A DNA stretch of 18,500 bases from Octopus sinensis (lineage: Eukaryota): assembly GCF_006345805.1 (NCBI RefSeq), contig NW_021824330.1:1-18500 (forward strand). Direction: 5' to 3'. The notes under the pieces are model-generated. The model was given only the letters and a program-made list of their open reading frames with translations, searched no databases and had not been told where the DNA came from. Made by a program: the position numbers and the translations under genes. Positions 1-10,289 of the stretch are shown in pieces (the stretch's first letter is position 1; each line of letters opens with the position of its first letter).

Positions 1-423
1 TCTGAGCATGTTCGTTGCCAGGGCTGCTGACTGGTTCCCGTGCCGGTGGCATGCAAAAAGCACCATTCGAGTGTGATTGTTACCATTGTTGCCTTACTGA
101 CACTTGTGCCGGTGGCATGTGAAAACCAGCATTTGAGTGAGGTCATTGCCATGCCGCTGGACTGGCTCCTGTGCAGGTGGCACATAAAAAACACCATTTG
201 AACGTGGCCGTTGCCAGTACCGCCTGACTCGCCCTCGTGCCAGTGGCATGTAAATGCACCCACTACACTCTTGGAGTGGTTGGCGCTAGGAAAGGCATCC
301 AGATGCAGAAAGTCTGGCAGATCAGATTGGAGCCTGGTGCTGCCTTCTGTCTCACCAGCCCTCAGTCAAATCGTACAACCCATGCTAGCATGGAAAGCGG
401 ATGATAATGATGATGATGATGAT
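1..423 (+). mobile_element. SINE-like retroposon family B, 5' end outside window, with four ~66-bp internal subrepeats and (GAT)n tail
   Basis: Body GCACCCACTACACTC..GGTTGGCGCTAGGAAAGGCATCCAG..CAACCCATGCTAGCATGGA then (GAT)n recurs at 3390, 9634 and 11118. GTGCC(G/A)GTGGCA subrepeat starts at 40, 106, 171, 237. Confidence 0.8.
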
Positions 424-599
424 ATATATGTCCGACTTGTTTGAGTGCAAGTTTGAGAGAGCCCTTGGGCCTTCTTAATGAGGAAATGATAAAATTTCAA
501 ATGTTGGTGCCAAAGTCATATGAAACCAAATACACAGAAAAGTGGTCAGTGTTAAGAAGGACATCCAAGCCATACCAGCAGTGATAGAGGGTGTAAAAA

Positions 600-752
600 T
601 GATGATGATGTATAAATACTTTTTATACATGTTGCATACAGCAACACAACACACATACAGATATGCATAAATATATATGTATATATTTTGCTAACCATGC
701 AAAAGATACCAGGTGAATAACGAACAATATATTTACTCTGATAATGTATACA
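600..752 (+). repeat. Copy 1 of a degenerate local duplication (copy 2 at ~1778-2068)
   Basis: Shared GATGTATAAATA..CATGTTG, TTGCTAACCATG and CAATATATTTACTCTGATAATGTATA in both copies. Confidence 0.7.
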
Positions 753-763
753 GGTTGTGGGGT

Positions 764-990
764 GACCTGCTGTGCTTGAAGAGACCCATTGAGTTAAGTA
801 CATCAACATCAAAATAAAAATCAAATGGAATTGTAGTTGTGATACCCATGCCGGTGGCACGTAAAAAGCACCAACCGATCGTGGCCATTGCCAGCCTCCT
901 CTGGTCCCTATGCTGGTGGCATGTAAAAAGCACCCACTACACTCACAGAGTAGTTGGCATTAGGAAGGGCACTGCCGGATCAGACTGACT
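764..990 (+). mobile_element. Family B fragment, 3'-truncated, two subrepeats
   Basis: GCCGGTGGCACGTAAAAAGCACC at 850 and a variant at 912, followed by CACCCACTACACTC..GGCATTAGGAAGGGCA. Confidence 0.75.
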
Positions 991-1106
991 CTAAATCCAC
1001 ATCATGTATCCATACAGAACAGTTGAAAAGATATGAATGCATGATGTGATTTTAAAGTCAGGTTTTGACTGCTATTTCTGGCATGGTGGTACCTCTTTGG
1101 TACCCT

Positions 1107-1185
1107 TAATCATAAATATATACATACTATATATAAATATATACATACTTATATATAAATATATACATACTTATATAGATATATA

Positions 1186-1225
<40 letters not shown>

Positions 1226-1342
1226 TGCTCGCTTAGCCAGCAGGGTGCATCACTTGAAGGCTAAAACAATGCAAAAGCGCATTGTGATCAGCGATCTGTA
1301 GCAACATCTGATAGCCTGGTCGGTCACGGTATTCACGGTGAT

Positions 1343-1387
<45 letters not shown>

Positions 1388-1440
1388 TATATACACATAC
1401 AGGCACGCCCGTGCGCACACACACACACACACATATATAG
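1107..1440. repeat. (TA)n and (CA)n microsatellites flanking a ~120-bp GC-richer segment (1223-1343) of unknown class
   Basis: Direct inspection. The inner segment has no second copy in the window. Confidence 0.8.
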
Positions 1441-1443
1441 AGT

Positions 1444-1778
1444 CAGGGTTCTCAACCATTTTTTATCTTTGGACCCCTTTGATTACTATTTTCCCTGGTG
1501 GACCCCTATAACCATTCGATGTCTAAAAACTAGTTTTATAGAAACTTCTTTCAAAATTCCTATTTTGTTTCCCACACATTAAATTTTTAGGTTGAACCAT
1601 GGAAAATGTTAGAGAAAGAAACCCAGCTGTTTCTTGCCATAAACACCAATACATACATCTAAAGTGAGACCTTTTCAGGAGCCCCTAAAATACCATTGTG
1701 GATCTCCAATGAACTATTTTGTAGTGTGGGCCCCAAAATATCTTATATGAAGCCTCAGAGGCCATATGAACCTCAGTT
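1444..1778 (+). mobile_element. Probable hAT/Charlie-like MITE remnant
   Basis: Begins CAGGGTTCTCAACC, similar to the CAGGGGTTCTCAA-type termini of Charlie-like hATs. The other end is only a weak CAGTTGA remnant and no TSD is visible. Confidence 0.4.
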
Positions 1779-1827
1779 GATGTATAAATATACTTTATAT
1801 ATGTTGTATACAACAACCAGAAAATAT

Positions 1828-1846
1828 ATGCATATATATATATAAA

Positions 1847-1883
<37 letters not shown>

Positions 1884-1897
1884 CAATATATATATAG

Positions 1898-1961
<64 letters not shown>

Positions 1962-2003
1962 GAGCAATATATATATATATATAGCAATATATTATATATA
2001 TAT
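1828..2003. repeat. Compound microsatellite [(TA)n(GA)n-GCAA-(TA)n-GCAA] x2 inside copy 2 of the local duplication
   Basis: Direct inspection. Confidence 0.85.
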
Positions 2004-2074
2004 TGCTAACCATGTGAAATATAGCACATGAATAATCTCCAATATATTTACTCTGATAATGTATATACAAGCAA

Positions 2075-2470
2075 TAACAACAAAGATAATGAGGAAGAGG
2101 TGGAAAAGGAGAAGAAGAGGAGTGGGAAGAGAAGGTAGGAAGTATGAATAGCTGAGATTGCTGAGGAGAGAGGGAGAGGTGGGTGAGAACGAATGTGATG
2201 GGACAAATAACAGAAGAGCAGAGTGACAGGATACTAGTGGCTGGTAAGTAACAAGGAGACAGTGACAGCTACATCTGGTTTGTTGGTAATGACATTTAAT
2301 AGAAAAAAACAACACAAGACTGACAGGATAGTAATAAAGATGGGTGATCATAAGACAGAGCTAGAAATGAAATAGGAATAGATATGGGGGATGGTGAATG
2401 AGAGTGGTAGAAGGAAATCAAGAGTGACACAGGAGAGGGTGAGTGATAGTGGTCAGTAAAGAAGGGTGGT
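2075..2470 (+). repeat. Purine-rich (GA/GGA/GAA) low-complexity tract
   Basis: Strong G/A strand bias with no clear periodic unit. Confidence 0.6.
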
Positions 2471-2524
2471 GGTTGAGGTTCTAATCATGGGGCGGATCTC
2501 AATATACAATTATTTTCAGTATTC

Positions 2525-2758
2525 TTTAATTCCTTTACTTCTTTCAGTCATTTGTGGCCCAGCTGGAGTACTGCCCTGGAGCATTTTTGGCAAACAATTC
2601 GACTCCAGGACTTATAATATTTAAGCCTGGTACTTATTCTATTATTGTCATTTGTCAAACCACTAAGTTATGGGGACATAAACACACCAACACCGGCTGT
2701 CAAGCAGTGGTGGGGAAACAGACACAGACAAATACATACATTTATGTATATACATATA

Positions 2759-2790
<32 letters not shown>

Positions 2791-3005
2791 CATATATACA
2801 TACATATATATATACATACATACATATACATATATATATATATATACATAAAGATGATGACGGAATTTTGTTAGTGAACAGGTCGTTGTCTCAAAGCGAC
2901 GAAAATATTTCGGCAAATTAAATTTAAATGTTGAAGTGCCCAAGGTTGCACACAACGGGACTGAACCCAGATCCATGTGGTTGGGAAGCAAGCTTCTTAC
3001 CACAC
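2525..3005 (-). mobile_element. tRNA-derived SINE family C, diverged, with internal (TA/CATA)n
   Basis: Reverse complement of the 16350-16830 element: head GGGACTGAACCCAG..CATGTGGTTGGGAAGCAAGCTTCTTACCACAC and tail GACTCCAGGACTTA..CTAAGTTATGGGGACATAAACACACC. Confidence 0.75.
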
Positions 3006-3389
3006 ATCATCACTACCGTCTTCCAGCTTTATCTCCATCCTATTCCCAGTCACTACTACCCACCCTTATAATGTGAGGTACCCTTGTATCAACATTATAG
3101 CAGGTCACCTGTTCTTGACCCACAATTACATTTTAGCCTCTTGCCACCTGGCACAGAGGCATACTCCTCACTTTGTGATGCCTATGTTTTGCAGGCACTT
3201 AGCTACGGGGATTTTTCCCTTTCCCAGTATTTTGTGCCACCTCAAGTGCTGGTGGCGCACACAACCCTACCCGGACTTGTACTTTGGAGTGAACTTTCTA
3301 GGTGTAAAATCCATGGTCATTCATGATAGAAGAGGGGGGGGAGTCCTTACCCAATGCGCACACATAAAGAAAAGCTCCCAATTCATACT

Positions 3390-3540
3390 GTAAAGTGGTT
3401 GGCGTATGGAAGAGCATCCAGCCATAGAAACTGTGCTGAAGCTTGCAGTGGAGCTCTGTAACTTGCCAGATCCTGTCAAAGCATCCAATCCATGCCAGCA
3501 TGGAAAATGCATGTTAAGTGATGATGATGATGATGATGGT
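3390..3540 (+). mobile_element. Family B 3' fragment with (GAT)n tail
   Basis: GTGGTTGGCGTATGGAAGAGCATCCAGCCATAGAAAC..CCAATCCATGCCAGCATGGAA..(GAT)n. Confidence 0.75.
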
Positions 3541-3885
3541 GGTGTTGGTGGTGGTGATGATGGTGATGATGATGATGATGATGATGGAGGTGATGGTGAT
3601 GAAGTTAGTGGTGGTGATGATGATGATGATATTTGGAGTATTGTATGATTTGTCGAAAACAAATCTTTCATAATTGTTATTAATTATGAGTAATTATTAT
3701 GATTACTATTAATTATTATAATTATTACTTAAGGAATTGTAAACGTTATGTTAAACAGATTGATTTAGGACACAGTTATTTCATCATCGACATCATCCTC
3801 ATCACCACCACTAACTTCATCACCATCTCCACCAACTTCACCATCATCATCATCACCATCATCATCACCACCACCACCACCACCA
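3530..3885. repeat. Inverted pair of (GAT/GGT)n and (CAT/CAC)n arms around an AT-rich spacer
   Basis: 3592-3620 is the exact reverse complement of 3799-3827 (29 bp, including the non-repetitive GAAGTTAGT). Confidence 0.85.
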
Positions 3886-4071
3886 TGTTGATGGAAGAGA
3901 AGCAGATTGATAAAAGAGATAAGATGGAAGAGAGGGTGCGATGGTGGTGGGGGTGGGGTAAGAGCTTGAGTGATGGAGTGGACTGAGTAGGGGGACATGA
4001 AAGGAAAGGGTCAAATATGGAGATGACTAGGACCCAATGTGATCCCCAGCCCCGCACCCATTATTTTTGTC

Positions 4072-4267
4072 TTTTTTTTCTACAATAGGCACGAGGGATG
4101 AAATTTCAGGGGAGTGGGGGGGGGAGGGGGGTCTAGTGAAGTCGTACATTGACCCCAGTGCCCAACAGGTACTTGTACTTATTTTATCAAAATAAGTACC
4201 TGTTCAAAGGGTGACAGGCAAAGTTGACCTCGGAGGGGTTTGAACTCAGATCGTAAAGAGCTGGAAG
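4072..4267 (-). mobile_element. Diverged family A SINE body with tail type B, abutting the array
   Basis: GGCAAAGTTGACCTCGG..TTTGAACTCAG body. The tail TTCTACAATAGGCACGAGGG..AAATTTCAGGGG resembles the reverse complement of the tail at 18065-18115. Confidence 0.7.
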
Positions 4268-7200
4268 AAATACCCATTTCTTTACTACTCACAAGGGGCT
4301 AAATACAGAGAGGACAAACAAGGACAGACAAATGGATTAAGTCGATTACATCGACCCCACTGCGTAACTGGTACTTAATTTAACGACCCCGAAAGGATGA
4401 AAGGCAAAGTTGACCTTGGTGGAATTTGAACTCAGAACGTAATGGCAGACGAAATACCTATTTCTTTACTACCCACAAGGGGCTAAACACAGAGAGGACA
4501 AACAAGGACAGACAAACGGATTAAGTCGATTACATTGACCCCAGTGCGCAACTGGTACTTAATTTATCAACTCCGAAAGGATGAAAGGCAAAGTCAACCT
4601 CGGCGGAATTTGAACTCAGAACGTAACGGCAGATGAAATACCTATTTCTTTGCTACCTACAAGAGGCTAAACACAGAGAGGACAAACAAGGACAGAACAA
4701 GATTAAGTCGATTACATCGACCCCCAGTGCGTAACTGGTACTTAATTATCAACCGAAAGATGAAAGGCAAAGTCAACCTCGGCGGAATTTGAACTCAGAA
4801 CGTACGGCAGATGAAATACCTTTTCTTTGTACTACACGAGGCTAAACACAGAGAGGAAACAAGGACAGACAAGGGATTAAGTAGATTACATCGACCCCCC
4901 AGTGCGTAACTGGTACTTAATTTATCGACCCCGAAACCGATGAAAGGCAAAGTCGACCTCGGCGGAATTGAACTCAGAACGTAACGGCAAGATGAAATAC
5001 CTATTCTTTGCTACCTACAGAGCTAAACACAGAGAGGACAAAAAGACAGACAAAGGGATAAGTCGATTACATCGACCCCAGTGCGTAACTGGTACTTAAT
5101 TTATAACTCCGAAAGGATGAAAGGCAAAGTCAACCTCGGCGGAATTTGAACTCAGAAACGTAACGGCAGATGAAATACCTATTTCTTTGAGACCTACAAG
5201 AGGCTAAAACAGAGAGAGGACAAACAAGGACAGACAAGGGATTAAGTCGATTACATTGACCCCAGTGCGCAACTGGTACTTAATTATCAACTCCGAAAGG
5301 AATGAAAGGCAAAGTCAACCTCGGCGGAATTTGAAACTCAGAACGTAACGGCAGATGAAATACCTTATTTCTTTGCTACCTACAAGAGGTACTAACACAG
5401 AGAGGACAAACAAGAGGACAGACAAGGGATTAAGTCGATTACATCGAACCCCAGTGCGTAACTGGGTACTTATTATCGACCCCGAAACGATGAAAGCAAA
5501 AGTCAACCTCGGCGGAATTGAACTCAGAACGTAACGGCAGATGAAATACCTATTTCTTTGCTACCTACAAGAGGCTAAAACAGAAGGGACAAACAAGGAC
5601 AGACAAAGGGATTAAAGTCGATTACATCGACCCCAGTGCGTAACTGGTACTTAATTTATCGACCCCGAAACAGATGAAAGGCAAAGTCAACCTCGGTGGA
5701 ATTTGAAATGGAAGAAACTCGTAACGGCAGATGAAATACCTATTTCTTTGATACCTACAAGAGGCTAAACACAGAGAGGACAAACAAGGACAGACAAAGG
5801 GATTAAGTCGATTACATCGACCCCCAGTGCGTAACTGGTACTTAATTTATCGACCCCGAAACGATGAAGGCAAAGTCAACCTCGGCGGGGAATTTGAACT
5901 CAGAACGTAACGGCAGATGAAATACCTATTTCTTTGATACCTACAAGAGGCTAAACACAGAGAGGACAAACAAGGACAGACAAAGGGATTAAGTCGATTA
6001 CATCGACCCCCCAGTGTGTAACTGGTACTTAATTTATCGACTCCGAAAGGATGAAAGGCAAAGTCACCTCGGCGGAATTTGAACTCAGAACGTAACGGCA
6101 GATGAAATACCTATTTCTTTGCTACCTACAAGAGGCTAAAACACACAGAGAGGAAAACAAGGACAGACAAAGGATTAAGTCGATTACATCGACCCCCCCA
6201 GTGCGTAACTGTACTTAATTTATCGACCCCGAAAGGATGAAAGGCAAAGTCAACCTCGGCGGAATTTGAACTCAGAACGTAACGGCAGATGAAATACCTA
6301 TTTCTTTGCTACCTACAAGAGGCTAAACACAGAGAGGACAAACAAGGACAGACAAAGGGATTAAGTCGATTACATCGACCCCCCAGTGTGTAACTGGTAC
6401 TTAATTTATCGACTCGAAAGGATGAAAGGCAAAGTCAACTCGGCGGAATTTGAACTCAGAACGTAACGGCAGATGAAATACCTATTTCTTTGCTACCTAC
6501 AAGAGGCTAACACAGAGAGGACAAACAAGGACAGACAAAGGGATTAAGTCGATTACATCGACCCCCCAGTGCGTAAACTGGTACTAATTTATCGACCCCG
6601 AAAGGATGAAAGCAAAGTCAACTCGGCGGAATTTGAACTCAGAACGTAACGGCAGATGAAATACCTATTTCTTTGCTACCTACAAGAGGCTAAACACAGA
6701 GAGGACAAACAAGGACAGACAAAGGGATTAAGTCGATTACATCGACCCCCCAGTGTGTAACTGGTACTTAATTTATCGACTCCGAAAGGATGAAAGGCAA
6801 AGTCAACCTCGGCGGAATTTGAACTCAGAACGTAACGGCAGATGAAATACCTATTTCTTTGCTACCTACAAGAGGCTAAACACAGAGAGGACAAACAAGG
6901 ACAGACAAAGGGATTAAGTCGATTACATCGACCCCCCAGTGTGTAACTGGTACTTAATTTATCGACTCCGAAAGGATGAAAGGCAAAGTCAACCTCGGCG
7001 GAATTTGAACTCAGAACGTAACGGCAGATGAAATACCTATTTCTTTGCTACCTACAAGAGGCTAAACACAGAGAGGACAAACAGGACAGACAAAGGATTA
7101 AGTCGATTACATCGACCCCCCAGTGCGTAACTGGTACTTAATTTATCGACCCCGAAAGGATGAAAGGCAAAGTCAACCTCGGCGGAATTTGAACTCAGAA

Positions 7201-8566
7201 CGTAACGGCAGATGAAATACCTATTTCTTTGCTACCTACAAGAGGCTAAACACAGAGAGGACAAACAAGGACAGACAAAGGGATTAAGTCGATTACATCG
7301 ACCCCCAGTGCGTAACTGGTACTTAATTTATCAACTCCGAAAGGATGAAAGGCAAAGTCAACCTCGGCGGAATTTGAACTCAGAACGTAACGGCAGATGA
7401 AATACCTATTTCTTTGCTACCTACAAGAGGCTAAACACAGAGAGGACAAACAAGGACAGACAAAGGGATTAAGTAGATTACATCGACCCCCCAGTGCGTA
7501 ACTGGTACTTAATTTATCGACCCCGAAACGATGAAAGGCAAAGTCGACCTCGGCGGAATTTGAACTCAGAACGTAACGGCAGATGAAATACCTATTTCTT
7601 TGCTACCTACAAGAGGCTAAACACAGAGAGGACAAACAAGGACAGACAAAGGGATTAAGTCGATTACATCGACCCCAGTGCGTAACTGGTACTTAATTTA
7701 TCAACTCCGAAAGGATGAAAGGCAAAGTCAACCTCGGCGGAATTTGAACTCAGAACGTAACGGCAGATGAAATACCTATTTCTTTGCTACCTACAAGAGG
7801 CTAAACACAGAGAGGACAAACAAGGACAGACAAAGGGATTAAGTCGATTACATCGACCCCAGTGCGTAACTGGTACTTAATTTATCGACCCCGAAACGAT
7901 GAAAGGCAAAGTCAACCTCGGCGGAATTTGAACTCAGAACGTAACGGCAGATGAAATACCTATTTCTTTGATACCTACAAGAGGCTAAACACAGAGAGGA
8001 CAAACAAGGACAGACAAAGGGATTAAGTCGATTACATCGACCCCCCAGTGTGTAACTGGTACTTAATTTATCGACTCCGAAAGGATGAAAGGCAAAGTCA
8101 ACCTCGGCGGAATTTGAACTCAGAACGTAACGGCAGATGAAATACCTATTTCTTTGCTACCTACAAGAGGCTAAACACAGAGAGGACAAACAAGGACAGA
8201 CAAAGGGATTAAGTCGATTACATCGACCCCCCCAGTGCGTAACTGGTACTTAATTTATCGACCCCGAAAGGATGAAAGGCAAAGTCAACCTCGGCGGAAT
8301 TTGAACTCAGAACGTAACGGCAGATGAAATACCTATTTCTTTGCTACCTACAAGAGGCTAAACACAGAGAGGACAAACAAGGACAGACAAAGGGATTAAG
8401 TCGATTACATCGACTCCCCAGTGCGTAACTGGTACTTAATTTATCGACCCCGAAACGATGAAAGGCAAAGTCGACCTCGGCGGAATTTGAACTCAGAACA
8501 TAATGGCAGACGAAATACGGCTACGCATTTCGCCCAGCGTGCTAACGCTTCTGCCAGCTTGCCGCC
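4268..8566 (-). repeat. SINE-derived tandem array: 23 headless units of 178-190 bp (mode 184-186) plus one tRNA-like head at 8513-8566
   Basis: Unit starts (AAATACC) at 4268, 4452, 4636, 4814, 4995, 5173, 5358, 5544, 5734, 5920, 6105, 6292, 6476, 6659, 6845, 7031, 7215, 7400, 7586, 7770, 7954, 8140, 8327. The minus-strand head GGCGGCAAGCTGGCAGAAGCGTTAGCAC matches the heads at 9541 and 17900. Confidence 0.95.
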
Positions 8567-8829
8567 AAGCAGCACATCCAATATGCGTACAATGCTGCAA
8601 GCTCGCTGCCTAACCATCATAACAATCGTTTTCCAATGCTTGCACCAATGGATGGGTCTTCTCCTGCATCAGGAGTCGCCACTCATCTCTGTCCTTTGTC
8701 ATCTCTTTTGCAAGGTTCCCTTTCTTGAGGGTCTGTCTTTACTGTCCTGTTCCGTGTCATTGGTGCCAAGCTGTATCAGCCTTTGCCTTTCCTTTGGTTA
8801 TCATCGGTGGCATGGAGAGGGGAGGCCGG

Positions 8830-8890
8830 TATGAACCTGGAACCACGTGGTTGGGAAGCAAGCTTCTTACCACACAGCCAATCCTGCGCC
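8830..8890 (-). mobile_element. Family C head fragment
   Basis: GAACCACGTGGTTGGGAAGCAAGCTTCTTACCACACAGCCA. Confidence 0.7.
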
Positions 8891-8904
8891 TATATATATA
8901 TATT

Positions 8905-9570
8905 CTTTTCTTTTACTTTAGACATCTGACAGTGGCCATGCTGGAGCATTGCCTTGGAGGGTTTTAATTGAACAAATTGACCTCAAGACTTAGTTTTTTT
9001 AAAGCCTAGATCTTATTGGTTTCTTTTGCCAAACTGTTAAGTTATAAGGATGTAAACACACCAACACTGGTTGTTAAGCAGTGGTAGTGGTGGTTGAACA
9101 AAACCAGAGCCAAAAACAAACACACACACACAAATATATACATATATATATATACACACACACACATATATGATGGGCTTCTTTCAGTTTCCATCTACCA
9201 AATTCACTTACAAGGCTTTGGTTGGTCTGAGGCTACAGTAGAAGACACTTGCCAAAGGTGGCATGCAGTGGGACTGAACCCAGAGCCATGTGGTTGGGAA
9301 GCAATCTTCTTAATTCTTTACTGCCCACAAGGAGCCACACACAGAGGGGACAAACAAGGACAGACAAAGGGATTAAGTCGATTGCATCGACCCCAGTGCA
9401 AAACTGGTACTTGTTTAATCGGCCCCGAAAGGATGAAAGGCAAAGTCAACCTCGGCGGAATTTGAACTCACAACATAGCGGCAGACAAAATATTGCTAAG
9501 TATTTCGCCCGGTGTGCTAATGATTCTGCCAGCTTGCCGCCAAGCAATCTTCTAACCACACAGCCACCCC
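8905..9570 (-). mobile_element. Family C SINE whose head is interrupted by a family A insertion
   Basis: Tail, (CA/TA)n and GGGCTTCTTTCAGTTTCC..GGGACTGAACCC match family C. The head resumes at 9554 (AACCACACAGCCAC). Confidence 0.8.
9311..9541 (-). mobile_element. Full-length family A SINE (tail type A) with 12-bp TSD
   Basis: TSD AAGCAATCTTCT at 9299-9310 and 9542-9553. Head, body and tail are collinear with the array unit plus head. Confidence 0.9.
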
Positions 9571-9633
9571 TGCAACTATATATATACATATGTGTATATA
9601 TATATATATATATATTACACACACACACATAAA

Positions 9634-9838
9634 ACCAGTTGCTGGTGGCACGTAAAAAGCACCCACTACACTCACGGAGTGGTTGGCATTAGGAAGGGCA
9701 TCCAGCTGTAGAAACTCTGCCAGATCAGACTGGAGCCTGGTGCAGCCTTCTGGCTCACCAGCCCTCAGTCAAAATCGTCCAACCCATGCTAGCATGGAGA
9801 ACGGACGTTAAACGATGATGATGATGATGATGATGATA
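9634..9838 (+). mobile_element. Family B SINE 3' part with (GAT)n tail
   Basis: GGTGGCACGTAAAAAGCACCCACTACACTC..TTAGGAAGGGCATCCAGCTGTAGAAAC..GGACGTTAAAC(GAT)n. Confidence 0.85.
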
Positions 9839-9968
9839 GCTTGAAATCAATCAAATAAAACAGACCAAATGTCTGCCCCTCCCCTTACAAACCTCTTAAT
9901 GGTCTTATACCAATGATATCATCATCCTCATCACCACCACCACCACCACCCTCCTCTTCCTCACGACC

Positions 9969-10000
<32 letters not shown>

Positions 10001-10289
10001 AATCAACAACAACATGTCAATATAATACATTATTATTAATTATTGCTAATTCAGTTAACGAAGAAGACAGTGAAGTATCACCAGTTTTAGTTTGCAAAGA
10101 AGAACATTAAGAAGAACATCCAGCAGTAAAAAAACACAGAAGTTTTCAATTAACCATGCAAATAAAACAGATATTTGCATATCCATCAAACCCATGCTAG
10201 AATAGAGAATAACATCGATGACAGAAATAAGAAAAAGAAAATATAAAAAAACAGAAAATAAAATAGTAAAATGATTCCCCCACCAGGGG

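Noticed and set aside
2860-2920. Hairpin GTCGTT/AGCGAC followed by GAAA as another hammerhead
   Set aside because: No CUGANGA core upstream and no stem I or III.
4109-4132. G-rich run as a dedicated G-quadruplex regulatory element
   Set aside because: It is an expansion of the purine/pyrimidine patch normal to tail B, with no independent evidence of function.
4268-8512. Array as a CRISPR-like repeat-spacer locus or a ribozyme array
   Set aside because: Units are near-identical along their whole length with no unique spacers. No CUGANGA..GAAA core was found on either strand; only short hairpins (GTCGAT-TAC-ATCGAC, CCAGT-GCGTA-ACTGG) are present.
8567-8571. AAGCA flanking both this head and the head at 9541 as a target motif or TSD
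   Set aside because: Only 5 nt, and no matching copy at the other end of the array.
9920-9940. 21-bp identity with 3791-3811
   Set aside because: Both are CAT/CAC low-complexity sequence, so chance identity is plausible.
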